Shown here: piece after piece, positions 1-11,335 of the stretch
Numbering within the stretch: the stretch's first letter is position 1
How the letters are laid out: every line of letters begins with the position of its first letter
Source of the DNA: Girardia tigrina
Taxonomy: Eukaryota
Assembly (NCBI GenBank): GCA_001938485.1
Contig: MQRK01202286.1
Location: 4,257 to 66,104, forward strand
Direction of reading: 5' to 3'
Length of the DNA stretch: 61,848 nt
Position numbers and translations under genes: made by a program
The notes under the pieces: generated by a model
Told to the model about the DNA's origin: nothing
Seen by the model: only the letters and a program-made list of their open reading frames with translations
Databases searched by the model: none

Positions 1-51
1 CTGGGCGATTTCGGCCTGGACGGCGAATGTCCCGGTTTCACAGTCGGACAT
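1..51 (-). CDS. HSP90: Hsp90 N-terminus (continues beyond window start)
   Basis: Reverse strand from ATG at 51 reads MSDCETGTFAVQAEIAQ, matching the Hsp90 start motif ETFAFQAEIAQ; only 17 codons are visible. Confidence 0.75.
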   Translation of the reverse strand, partial: MSDCETGTFAVQAEIAQ

Positions 52-429
52 GATTAGCGTTTGAAAGTATTTTGAATATTGCGGTTCGAGTTTTTGTAAA
101 TTTGAAAATTTAAACAATTGTATTTTTTTGATAATAATTTGCTAATTTGTTTTCGAATTTTTATTTTGCATTTCGATCACTCCGTTCACAATTTTATTTT
201 TTTTGATCGTTTTTTTGTTATTTTAAAAAAATTATTTTGATTTTTTTTAATTCACTACAAGACCCTTCTATTGTGGGTGACACGAAGTCGTATGGACGTG
301 TTTGAATCCAAGATGTTTTGCAAGAGCTTGAAATAAATTGCTTTCGAATTACCGACCTTGATCCGTGATATCTTGAGAAGGTACACCGTACCTGATACAC
401 CGCTCTCTTTTCTCCACAAAAAATTAACC

Positions 430-667
430 TAAGTCAACTGTGCTACATTACTGAGTAAGTAAAGAAAAAATCAGAGTAGTCATATTTCATTGTTGACTGA
501 AGTCTCCCACTTATACTACACCTCTAATGTCTCCCTACAAAGTCGGACTAGAGTCAAGCTCAACAGGATCTTCTTTCTCCGCTATACATTCCAAGCCCGT
601 TTCATTGACTGTAGTTTCGCTAGATAATAGATAGGGACAGTAGGAATCTCGTTAATTCATTCATGCA

Positions 668-702
<35 letters not shown>

Positions 703-817
703 GAAGAGAGTCATAGTTACTCTTGCCGTTAACCATCACTTGATTGAATTTCTTCACATTGACATTCATGGCACTGGAGAGAAATCACATTACGTCAAAG
801 CCGTTCACCATCCATCG

Positions 818-852
<35 letters not shown>

Positions 853-1960
853 TAGTCCAGTGGTCTTCAAACTGTGTTCCGCGGAACCCTAGGGTTCCAT
901 GAAATTCCTCAAGGGTTCCACAAAAAAAATAAAATCAACAAATCTAAAGCTGAACCTTTGGCACGAATGCATCACTAACGGAAATACTGAATGTTTTGCT
1001 AAATTAACCGATACTTTGGAAAACCAAAGTGTCACACTCGACCAAAACGTTAAAAAACATATTTTGGAACATTTATCTGAATTACAAAAAACATTTTTGG
1101 AATACTTTCCTCCTTAAACAGACAATTTTAGTTGGGTGCAAAATCTGTTCTAGTGATGCAAAAACATTATCACTTAAAGAAAGAGAGCAACTGATAGAAA
1201 TATCTACAGATACAAGATTAGAAACCACATATCGCCAGGTTGAAATTGTTACATTTTGGGTTAAATTATTGAATGAATATCCGGAAATTTCCGAACGAGC
1301 CGTAAAAGTATTAATGCCTTTCGTAACAACATATCTTTGCGAGAGATCATTCTCCCTTTACATTGCTACAAAGACAAAATACAGAAACAAACTTGATGCA
1401 GAAAATGTCATGCGCCTACGGTTAAAATATTGTCAAATATTGTCAAATTATGTGGTGAAAAACAAGCTCACCCAAGTCATTAATTTAATTTTTTTATTTT
1501 TACGTTTTTTATTGTGTAAATAGATGTTACATTGATTTTTTTATTTTTGAATAATTTTGAATTTATATTTAAAAAAGCTAACTATGCATAAATAAATTTA
1601 TTTCACATGAGGGTTCCGCGAGCTTTTGAAGTTTGAAGACCACTGCTCTAGTCCATGCCAGTTATAGGTTGACCGTTAATTGTACAATGACGACCATTAA
1701 TCCGAAAACACACAAATCATAGCCTAACCCGCCCATCAATCAAGTCGAAAAAGTTCCATTTCAACTCCATCTCAAGTTGCCAAAACACTTTTGACATTTC
1801 ACATTCCTTTATCCAGATAACCAGATAACATGGTATGTATACAAAGAAAAGAGAACTCTTCCCGAAACACTTGATGACGTCTCTTAGATCCCTTGTGTTA
1901 CTGAAATAACCAAATTTTGGCATTCAAGTTCAGGAATGTTAATCTGATTCCCTTTCACCT
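430..1960 (-). rRNA. Dispersed, degenerate 28S rDNA fragment (pseudogene), split by a hAT insertion
   Basis: Reverse strand has conserved LSU segments GAAAGGGAATC.GATTAACATTCC, GAATCCGACTGTCTAATTAAAAC, GTAACTATGACTCTCTT.AGGTAGCCAAATGCCTCGTCATCTAATTAG and GAAAGAAGATCCTGTTGAGCTTGACTCTAGT; many substitutions and an apparent internal deletion; left boundary approximate. Confidence 0.9.
858..1645 (+). mobile_element. Internally deleted hAT (Buster/Charlie-type) DNA transposon
   Basis: 16-bp perfect TIR CAGTGGTCTTCAAACT; 8-bp TSD CTCTAGTC (850-857, 1646-1653; nnnTAnnn); hAT C-terminal dimerisation domain FWVKLLNEYPEISERAVKVLMPFVTTYLCERSFS...KTKYRNKL. Confidence 0.93.
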
Positions 1961-2850
1961 TCCCCTTCTTCTTTATCTCTCAAGACCTGCTGATCAGTTT
2001 TTCTATCAGTATTCTCTTTCGTTAAATCAATAACGATCCTTTTCTCAATGTTTTCAATCGATTTTTTCCAAGTTCTCTTTTTTTCAGTGTCATTTCTGAC
2101 TATTATAAGAACCGGACATTAATGTTAGGCTTCTAACTGCTCTACGTGAAGAATTCTCACTTTTAGTGGTACTAGGTGCAGCTCCTTGAACTAACTGATT
2201 CTTTGTTTGAGAAGTTTCCATTTCAACTTCATCAAAATCAACAAGTTCAATAAGTGGTTCTATCAATTCAACTTCGGAATCCTTTTCTAAATAGCTTCCA
2301 CAAACTTCATTTTCTTTTTCTAAACATTCACTAATTTTCCTATCATTATGAGTATTAGGAAACCTAATTTTTATCTGCACCGAATAAATGGATAGTATTG
2401 CATTCTTTAGACTTAACATGATTAAACAAATATTTTTCGGTATATAGATATATCTTTAGTAATGCGGTTACTATCTCATCACCGGTAAACCTCCCTCTTC
2501 CTGATTCTATAGTTTTATTCAGTATTTTCTTTGAAAAATAATTTAAGGAATATTTTTGGCCATAGGGTGTGAGACCCATATTAGAGAAAGTTTTAAAATT
2601 TGATAAATGCTTAAATCCCATTATTTCATTCTCCTCTAATTGTATACTATCCAAGGCTGTCATTGTTCGACAACCTATTACAAATGTTCCTCTCAGAAGT
2701 GTTTGAGCTTTTATAATAGCCTTCCTTTAATCTAGTTTATCTATTACATCTGTTTCCTTCAGATCATGTATATCATAGAGATAATTTCTTTTCATTACTT
2801 GCGAAGTCACCATTGTATTTAAGAGTTCAGTTCCTTCATAATTTAAGACG
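1961..2850 (-). pseudogene. Intronless degenerate DEDDh (REXO4/ISG20-like) exonuclease-domain ORF with acidic tail
   Basis: VLNYEGTELLNTMV...KAQTLLRGTFVIGCRTMTALDSIQL...YSLNYFSKKILNKTIESGRGRFTGDEIVTALLKIY follows the REXO4-family pattern (V.NY.G..L.D..V / L.GR.LVGH...DL..L / SL..L...IL...IQ.G.H....DA.A.M.LY); one stop and at least one frameshift. Confidence 0.6.
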
Positions 2851-2854
2851 CAAA

Positions 2855-3312
2855 TGTAGATTGGAATAGAATGGATTGGAATACAACGATTGGATAGAAT
2901 GGAACAACAGAACGTCCCACCTGCAATATAAAACGACAGTCATTTCGCAGTTAAATCAGAAGTTGAGAACATTAAGAAAAAACAAAGCGAAACATTAACA
3001 TTGAACATTAAGCACAGCAGAAGCGACATAACTGATAAAACGAAACATTTACAACACTGAGAACATTTTAGAAAGGAAGAACAGACATTTGAAAGAATAC
3101 TTCGGGGAAAAATTCTACGAGAAGCGAACGATTAGAACTGCGAGAAAGAATAATCCATTTGAGAACCAATTCCTCCGGAACCTGAGTTTAAACGAAATGT
3201 AAATTTTGAAGTTATCATATTGTATATTTTCTATTTCGATATCGTTTTAATAAATGTATAAACCTGTAATAAAGTTTTTTTATATAATTATATTCAATTT
3301 CTAACCCCTTTC
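2855..3312 (+). mobile_element. Candidate LTR of an unidentified retrotransposon
   Basis: Starts TGTAG, has a TATAAA, later AATAAA signals, ends ...TTCA before a PBS-like TTTTAGCGAG; no partner LTR or TSD seen. Confidence 0.3.
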
Positions 3313-5145
3313 AGTTTTAGCGAGTAGATTAAGCCCGTCGTTGTCGTTGCCGCCGTCTCCATAAGAAATGTTCCGAGCAAATCATAAATCCAATAAATCA
3401 GGCAGAAGAGACCCCGAGGTTGCACGTAGTTTGCAAACCCATATTGAGAATCGGAGTTCCACGAGAGAATACGATAGAATCCAAATTTTCGCAGACAGGA
3501 AGTCAGATCATACTAACTCTGAGACGTTGGTAGTGTTTCAAACCAACGCTGACCAATTTTAGTATAGAACGAGAACGCGATACGACTGAATGAATCTATA
3601 TGAAAAATTGATATTCATAAATATTTATGATATTCTTGATAATAATGATGTTCTTACTAATATGATATTCTTAAACTAGTAAATCAGATAAATTTTAGGT
3701 ATTGCACTAGTAAATAGTTGGATAGAATTATGGTGATGATTAAACTATTGACAATAAATGATTATAAATGCTAATATTATAATAAAGGATGAATTAATTG
3801 AATTACTGATTTTAATATAGACATAATTCGACAAATGTGAAGGTTCTATCTGAGAATCGACGTCAGACACCGAATTACAAAACAATGTCGCAAGTTTTAC
3901 ACAGAGCCACAAGTTACGCATACGGCACAGCAATTACAACCAGCATGAGAGACACATTCACGGAGGATACAAATAACAAACCCGACAGTGATTGGATAAG
4001 TAATGTACATAACAAGAAATCAGCCCCAAGCGGCGCTGAGCTAGGCGGGCGCCCACAGCCCGTCCTGTCTTGAACCGAACCCGCAGGCCCTCTGAACTTG
4101 GCACTGCTGGTCAGATGTCAAGTAAGGAGAGGCGTCCGAACCCTTCACATAAAGTATCCATAAAATTAGAAATAAATGAAATTGGGTTGTGGTTGACCCT
4201 TAATAACCACTGGGGGCTCAAGAGAGCTCAGGAGGGTCGGGACATAATATGTTTTCAAGCATGGATTTTGTAGACATGATTACAATAAGTTCAAATAGTT
4301 ATAATTTGACAATGACTTAACATTTTGGTGCTCAGTTTTTTTTGTTTGAATGTTAAATGTCTTGTGGATTGAACACATCAATACATGTTTGATTTACACT
4401 GCACTTTATTACAAAACAATTAATAAATATAATGAATTTTCGAACAAATATTCTAACTTAATAAATTAGAGAAACTAAGAAAGGCAGCTTATTTATCTTT
4501 ATTACTTCTTTGGACTCATCTGCTTGTTAACGGGATTAATATTAACTTCTATTTATCTTTCTTTTGTTTGTTCGGTTGATAAAGTGGTATTATTTTTTAT
4601 TTATTTTTAAAGGTAAATTAACTCAAACAGTTTAACAAATAGTATATTGGTCAATGTTCTTCTACAATGACACATACATGGCGATACACATATTCATATT
4701 TAGATTTAATCATTTTCTCATAAAATATGACAAAAAATAAAATATTTTAAAATCACATAATATTTAACATTTATTTTACAAAAAAGTATTAAAAAAATAT
4801 TTCCTAATATCAAAGGTTATAATAAGAAAATGTACATATTATATCTTTGCAATTTTTCAAGGGACCCCAAATTTTTCATTTCATGCCAATCATTAACCTA
4901 AATGATAAAATAATCGACACGGTTGAGAACCCATTCTTAATATCATGAAATGGTGAACACCAAATTTTGAATATAAAAAATTAAATATCTTTAATAGTTA
5001 AAATTCTTATTTGTATTATATAAATATGAGAATTTTATTTCAAAAAAGTAATTCAAATAATATTAAATGGTAATTCAAATCAATAAATAATTCGATCAAA
5101 TCGATTTGCTGATAATTCCAATTACCGAAATTCGTTTAGGCTGCG

Positions 5146-5208
5146 ATGGCTGCAAAGAATCTAGATCTCAAAATCAACGATGCCGAATATTGCAATGAAG
5201 AAAGATAT
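5146..5208 (+). CDS. Tandem DUF1330-like protein, coding exon 1 of 5
   Basis: AG acceptor at 5138-39, ATG at 5146, MAAKNLDLKINDAEYCNEERY, GTAAAT donor, 53-nt phase-0 intron. Confidence 0.7.
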
Positions 5209-5261
5209 GTAAATTTTTACGCTATTAATGAATACTTTGAGCAATATTTCATTTATCTCAG

Positions 5262-5402
5262 GGCTGGCAAGAATGCTTCGTGTTGATAATCTTCCCAGAA
5301 GACCGTGGACAGGCCTACAGGAATGCAGCTGTAAAAGAAAAGGCAGTCATATCGCGTTATTCGATTCATGCGCCGGGTAAAAATGTCGGATTTGCTTATC
5401 AG
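5262..5402 (+). CDS. Tandem DUF1330-like protein, exon 2 of 5
   Basis: CTCAG acceptor and GTGAGA donor; 47 open codons GWQECFVLIIFPEDRGQAYRNAAVKEKAVISRYSIHAPGKNVGFAYQ, phase 0. Confidence 0.75.
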
Positions 5403-5412
5403 GTGAGACATG

Positions 5413-6352
5413 AGAGGGGATCCCGGGGACTTTGCGGGATTGAAATCCTGGGAAAATGAAATTGATATCCCGGGATTCAGAATTTATTTACCTTTTTTCA
5501 AATATTTAAATTACTCGTTATAAAAGTGAATTGAAATGAAGTCAGTAAAAAAACAAAAATTTCATTATGGTATTTTAAAGTCTAACGTTTGAAAAAATGA
5601 TTTTATTTTATGACAGGGGGGGGGCAACCGAAATGATCTTACGGGACACTTTGTAAAACCATAACTCCACGAGTTACATATTATTAAAATCTATTATATA
5701 TTTTCATATAAGATTTTAACCCACTAGTTTTTTTTGGACGGAGAAAATGAAACATAATGAGTTATTATTAGTGTTTACTAATATTCATACACATTAACAT
5801 AGATAATATAATATTAATCATAATAAGCACACATTGTTAAGAAAAATATAAAAATAAATAAAATAAAAAAATGAAGTCATTAAAACATTTTTTTCTCCAT
5901 TCTTCCACTTAGCTCTTGGAAATTTATTTCTGTTTTAGTATTTGCACATCGTAATTGGGCTTGGAAGTTAACGTCCGTTATGTTTAACCATGTTTTTTTA
6001 TGTTTAGTCATTTTCATTTTCGAAAGAATCTCATTAGTAAGTTGAACCAAAGAACTTTTTGTGTCAGATTTCTCTTTAGTAACGTAAGTATTATAAAAAT
6101 CTATTTTTGATTCTGATATTTCAAAAAAAGTTTTTTAATTCAATATTGCATTGAAAGCTAACTATATATTTTGTAAAAAATATATTTTCTAAAAGTATGA
6201 TGAATCTCGCGGGCACAAAAATGTTTAAAGCCCTGGTTTATGAAAAAAGATTTTAGCCCATGAAAATGATTACGTAAAAAAAAGATATAATTGATGGACC
6301 CCGGGATTTGGGTCCGTATTGATCCCGAAATTCCGGGAGTTGGAACCCTTAG
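5413..6352. mobile_element. Possible non-autonomous DNA transposon with CCCGGGA-rich subterminal repeats
   Basis: Clusters of ATCCCGGG/CCCGGGAT at 5417-5478 and 6299-6340 in roughly inverted arrangement; no clean TSD. Confidence 0.35.
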
Positions 6353-6377
6353 ACATAAGATAATTAAATCTGATTGA

Positions 6378-6450
6378 ATATATATATATATATATATATA
6401 NNNNNNNNNNNNNNNNNNNNNNNNNNNNNNNNNNNNNNNNNNNNNNNNNN

Positions 6451-6502
<52 letters not shown>
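6378..6502. repeat. (TA)n microsatellite spanning an assembly gap
   Basis: Seen directly; N-run at 6401-6450. Confidence 0.95.
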
Positions 6503-6504
<2 letters not shown>

Positions 6505-6516
6505 GTGATAATATAA

Positions 6517-6553
6517 GACGACGCGTTTCGAGATAAAAATCTCATCATCAGGT
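6517..6553 (-). ncRNA. Minimal hammerhead ribozyme (Penelope-type)
   Basis: Reverse strand CTGATGA-T-GAGAT-TTTT-ATCTC-GAAA-CGCGTC: intact core, 5-bp stem II, palindromic stem III, GUC site. Confidence 0.8.
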
Positions 6554-6589
6554 TAATATACACCATGTATAAAACTAACACATTATACG

Positions 6590-7260
6590 AGTTCCCCGAC
6601 AAAATAGTGATAATATTTTTTAATTATTCAATTTTTGACTTTTGATATTATTTTGTAAACTATAAAATATTTTGGAAAATAAATATCTAAATAAACAAAT
6701 AAATAATAAAATCAATATATTTTATATTGTTTCATGAATACAATAAACTTTTATTTAAAAAAAACAAAACAAAAATTGATTTACTGAATGTATTTTATCA
6801 CAGAGTCAAATTGAAGACTACACTTAGACATTATATCAGTAGTACGATATCAGTAGTACATTATATCGTATGATGCTATATATTGACAACGAAGCTGCAA
6901 GATATCTGTTTAATTGAACATACTTGACCTTACTTGCTGTTTTGATTTGTTCTCCTGCATTGTATCTTGGAATTTTGTTCTCTGTGTACTCTTTTTCTCT
7001 GAGAAAATCTTATCTTGTAGACATCAGGGTAGATACCCTCAATAGACATTTAAAAAGCATGGTGCCAACCATTCACTGAATTGTTTGTTCGCAGTAGATT
7101 GACATGTACTCGATCTTGAACAATCGACAATGTTACCGGAAATCTCGGACTAACTCTGAGGTTTCGTCTTCAGTGACCAGTATAATTTTAATCCAAGGAG
7201 TCATACAAATTCTCAATAACATCATTCAGTTCTTCAAAGGTAGTATTAAGGTAGAACAAA
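6590..7260 (-). mobile_element. MULE (Mutator-like) transposase C-terminal remnant
   Basis: Reverse frame SPRFPVTLSIVQDRVHVNLLRTNNSVNGWHHAF...YPDVYK matches the MULE RTNN.VEGWH motif; multiple stops. Confidence 0.75.
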
Positions 7261-7360
7261 TGAAAGTCCTAAATTATCCTAAAAATTTCTAATTCTAAAA
7301 TAAAAATATTTGTCGTAAATGAAAATAAAAAACTATTTTGTATGGAAAATTGGAGTTACT

Positions 7361-8735
7361 TAGGCTGTCCCAAAAATCCTCAGGTGGCCTTTATAAACAC
7401 ACTAATATTTTACCAAATTTAACCAAATTTGGACTGAATATTATTCAGACTGTCATAAATACTGTGTTAAAATTTCAAAGCATAAAATTTGAAACTTACC
7501 AAAAAAATAATATTATTAACCAACAAAAAAATTAGATGCAGCGAATTTAAAAATTTCTTTAAAAAAAATATTTTAAAAATTTCTTAAGCAACAACATATT
7601 CACCATGGTTGTCAATAACCAACTGACAATAGTTAAAATGTTTATCTAGTTGATTTTTTGATCTTTCTGTTGATAAAGAATTAAAAAAGAATTTACAAGC
7701 TTCTTCAATTTCTTCATGTGATTTGAAAACATGATTTTTAAAACTTTTCTTCATTTTTGAAAACAACAATCTGTCACACAGATTAAAATCTGGACTATAG
7801 GGCGATTGATGATTTTTTTCAATTTTTCTTATTTCAAGAAAAAAGAGTTGTTTCTTTGCTAGAATGAGGTCTTACATTATCATGCAACCACTTAAGTTCC
7901 TTTAGCTTGATGCTGTTAGATCTAAGTTTCCGCCATTTTTCACCGGTGTCGTGAACAAAGTTCACATACACCTTGGAATCAATCTTGGTACCATATGGCG
8001 GTGCTTTTACATTAAAACGTTTGTTGCAGGTAAAGGTTACGAAAACAAGAGATTTTTTATTTGTCATTGGCGATGGCTTTATCACTTTTAGTGGAACAGC
8101 ATTAGAAGGAATCAAAACTTTGTGATCTTCTTTCTTTCCTCTACCTTGGAAAAAGACCCATGTCTCATCCTCCATCGCTATGTTGGAATATGCTTCAATA
8201 CCCATCTGTGAAATTACATGACGTATAAGCTTTGCAGTGTTAATGCATTGTTGTTTATCAGCAGCAGAAAGTTCGTGAGGGACCCAAACAGAGCAAACTT
8301 TTTTGTAATGAAGTTTTTCACGCAAAATTTTGTGTACTGTATTTTTGCCTAAAGAAAGTTTATTTTCAATATAACACGAAGACGCATTTGGAGCTTCATC
8401 AATCACTTCTTTGACTGCTTTAATCTTTTCATCGTCTATTAATGACAGCCTGCCATTTCTTGATGAATCGTCGAAGGACGTCCGCTTTTCTTTTTTAAAA
8501 TCAGTCAACCATTGTTGAATAGTTTTCAACGCTGGGTGATTTGCGTCTTCCCATGCCTGCTGAAGTTGCTGAAGAATTTCTGAAGCAGAGAATCTTCTTT
8601 TACTTTGAATTAGAACAAAAAAACGTTGGTAACATTTATTTGGTTCCATTGTTAAAAACCGCTTGATTTGAATTCGCTGCACTTTTAATATTTCAATACT
8701 TTAATAAAACAAAATTTGAATAAAACAAAACTTGA
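7361..8735 (-). mobile_element. Divergent mariner (DD34D); transposase 7584-8649 with one frameshift; 5' TIR lost
   Basis: WVPHEL, EDETW, HDNVRPH and (after a shift in a homopolymer near 7842) SPYSPDFNLCD; 34 residues between the 2nd and 3rd D. Confidence 0.9.
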
Positions 8736-9460
8736 CAGAGCCTCCGAGTTTACCGATCTGTCGCCTTCGCATCTGTTTGTTTCATCCATTTCATCGATTC
8801 CAGCGACTGGTGCTTTATATCGGTTGGGTTGCCATCTTTTCTGATCTTGATGTACATTCAGTGCTTCTTGTTTATAACAGTGGTACCATAAATGACCTGG
8901 AACGTTGCAATTTGAACATTTAAGGTATGGGCATTCTCTCCGAATATATCCTTTACATCGGCACCCATAACATACTTTGATATTTTCTGGACATTCCCGT
9001 TTCATGTGTCCGGGTTTCGTTCAATTAAAACATTCAAAATCTTTACCGTCATGTCCACTATATTGTCGATGAATCATTTTGTTATCGTTTCGTTTCTTTT
9101 TGTGAAGTCTGGTCGAGACATCCTTGTCTGTTGGAATCTTGGCTGATTGACATAATTCGATCTATCCTTTAATATATTAGCGAACGTTTTCTGTCGTTGT
9201 ATTTGGGCAATTTCGTTAATATGGACTTCGGCCTTAATATTTTCCATTTTCTCGATTACAGCTTTGATGGATTCCGGTGCTTTTGCTTCTTCCATGTAGA
9301 TTTGTGTCTTCACTTACACATCTTCAACACAATGGGTCAAAAAATATGTCATTAGCTCCTGTTTGTTCCATTTGTGCAACAGGATCTTGTCCACCATCTT
9401 CTCTATTCTGTTACAGTATACTGTTACTGAATCTGTTCATTTTCTGTAATTCAGCAGTCC
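8735..9460 (-). mobile_element. Ty3/Gypsy gag fragment with zinc knuckles
   Basis: GHMKREC, CYGCRCKGYIRREC and CSNCNVPGHLWYHC CCHC-type knuckles; frameshifted; joined directly to the mariner. Confidence 0.75.
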
Positions 9461-9464
9461 ATTG

Positions 9465-11335
9465 AGGTCTTGTATTAACGATGATGGACGTTTAAATGCC
9501 TTCAGCAATCTGTCGGAGAAATCTGAGATTTTGTAATCCACCGCTTCCTAAGTGGCAACCATATCTCTACTTATCAATGCCTTGACCATTGTCGCTTGGA
9601 TGGTATTAAGAACACCAACATGGGTTTTCAAACTTCTATTTTCAATACAATCAGAATTGTCTTTTGGACAATTCTCAACAAAACTTTCGTATTTCGACAT
9701 CGTTCTAAATTGATAATTTTTTGTTAATGTTTGTTAATAAACAATTATTCGAACAAATTTTTCATTATTTTCAGATTTTAGTTTTACAGTTCAAATTTGG
9801 TAATTTTAGTATTAATTTTATTTAAAAATATTTTATTTGAAGGAACATTTATTTAATTCAAAACTTAGTTAAAACTATTTATTTTATTTAAATTTTAATA
9901 TGAAAATTTGAAATGATTTAATATTTTTAATGTTTTTAAATATCTTATGCTGTACTTTAAAATGTAAATTATATTCGTTAAATTAAATTATAATCTATCG
10001 TGAACATCCAAAATATCAATTTTCCATCTGGATGGGAGAAACACATTTCCAAATACTAAACTCAACATACAAAATTCAACAAACCAATTCCAACATACCA
10101 AATTTAAAATATTCCTAACAGATGGCTTCATTGATTTGGGCGACTTCAAAAAATCTTCGACATTCGGATATAAAATCTTCAATATCCTGCGATCCATCGT
10201 AACTTTTTGGAGCCAGATTGCCTATAACACTGGCCATGGTCGCCATGTAAGAATTTTCCATCAATAATTAAAAAGTCAAAATAAATTGCAAAATTTATTC
10301 TTATTTAAAAAAGTGCGCGTTTTTGTTTATTTAAACAAAAATCATCAAGAGACTTAATTCAGAATATTTTGGATCCATTATTATAATATTGTGAATGTTA
10401 TCTTAGTATAGTAAAAATAATATAGAGATAAATATAGTTATTTATCCTTACAAATAATATTTTTACGTTTCTTGTAAAATTTTGTTATCTGGAAAATTCT
10501 AATTAATGTTGTTTAAATAATCGAAAATAAAAGTTGTCAGTTTTAAATTAAATATATGCTAGATTCTTTTGTTATGAGTGATTTGAGTGGAATGGAATTA
10601 TTTTTATCATAAGTTTTCAAGTCAAATGTAAAATCAGCGCCAATATTAAAAGGAAATGATATATCTGGAAATCGATATTATGAAATTCCGGCCCACATGG
10701 TTGGTAAAAATAGCAAACCGAAAAGATATATTGGAGAACCAGAAAATTTCACTGCATTTAAAATAAAAATTGTGTTGTCGGCTGGCACTTGTTTTCGCCA
10801 AACAATTGTGTCGCACGAGGATTTGCACGCTGTCGAATTTGTCGACAAAGAATTAACAATTGAATTTATCGAATCGGTTTTCGAAGACACAAACACTTCA
10901 TCGAAAGACATCACGAAATATTTCTCCGAATCGAGTTTCAATTTGTATTTATTTGAATTGATTGACGAGAATCGTTCGGATGAAATCGAATTAATTGAAT
11001 CGAAACTCAAAATTCTCAACTCGTTATCAAATCAACCCGCTAATTTCAATAATCTAATTGGATGCGCCAAACGAATAGCGGTTTATGTGCATTTCTTTTA
11101 ACCTGATTTTGAGTATCTAACGTGCAGCCTGGTATTTATTCAGAATTCTAAGCGAATCAAACAGTTCTATTCAGATTTGTTTCAAAAGATATCGGTAGAC
11201 ACTACGGATTATCACAATAACGATGAGAATGATCAGTCGATGGATTGCCCGTATGTCGGTGGTGGCGGTGGAAATAACGGTGTGAGATTCATGACGGGAA
11301 ACATTATTCGGTCTCTCTATTACCAGCACAAAAAG
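9465..11335 (+). pseudogene. Intron-containing fragment of an unidentified gene nested in intron 2 of the DUF1330-like gene
   Basis: Exon-like blocks with GT-AG borders (to ~10246|GTAAG; 10563-11080; 11144-11335) and in-frame stops (e.g. TAA 10610); first block is interrupted by a solo LTR. Confidence 0.5.
9604..10120 (-). mobile_element. Solo LTR, Gypsy family B
   Basis: Reverse strand TGTTAGGAATATTT...GTTCTTAATA; 5-bp TSD GATGG (9599-9603, 10121-10125); homologous to 25906-26367. Confidence 0.85.

Noticed and set aside
680-720. R2 retrotransposon target site in the 28S fragment
   Set aside because: The site is uninterrupted and mutated; no R2 sequence is present.
2858-2905. GGAAT/GGATT repeats as telomeric or satellite DNA
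   Set aside because: Only a few degenerate units; not TTAGGG.
4212-4232. GGGCTCAAGAGAGCTC as a histone stem-loop
   Set aside because: Does not match the consensus, and no histone ORF is nearby.
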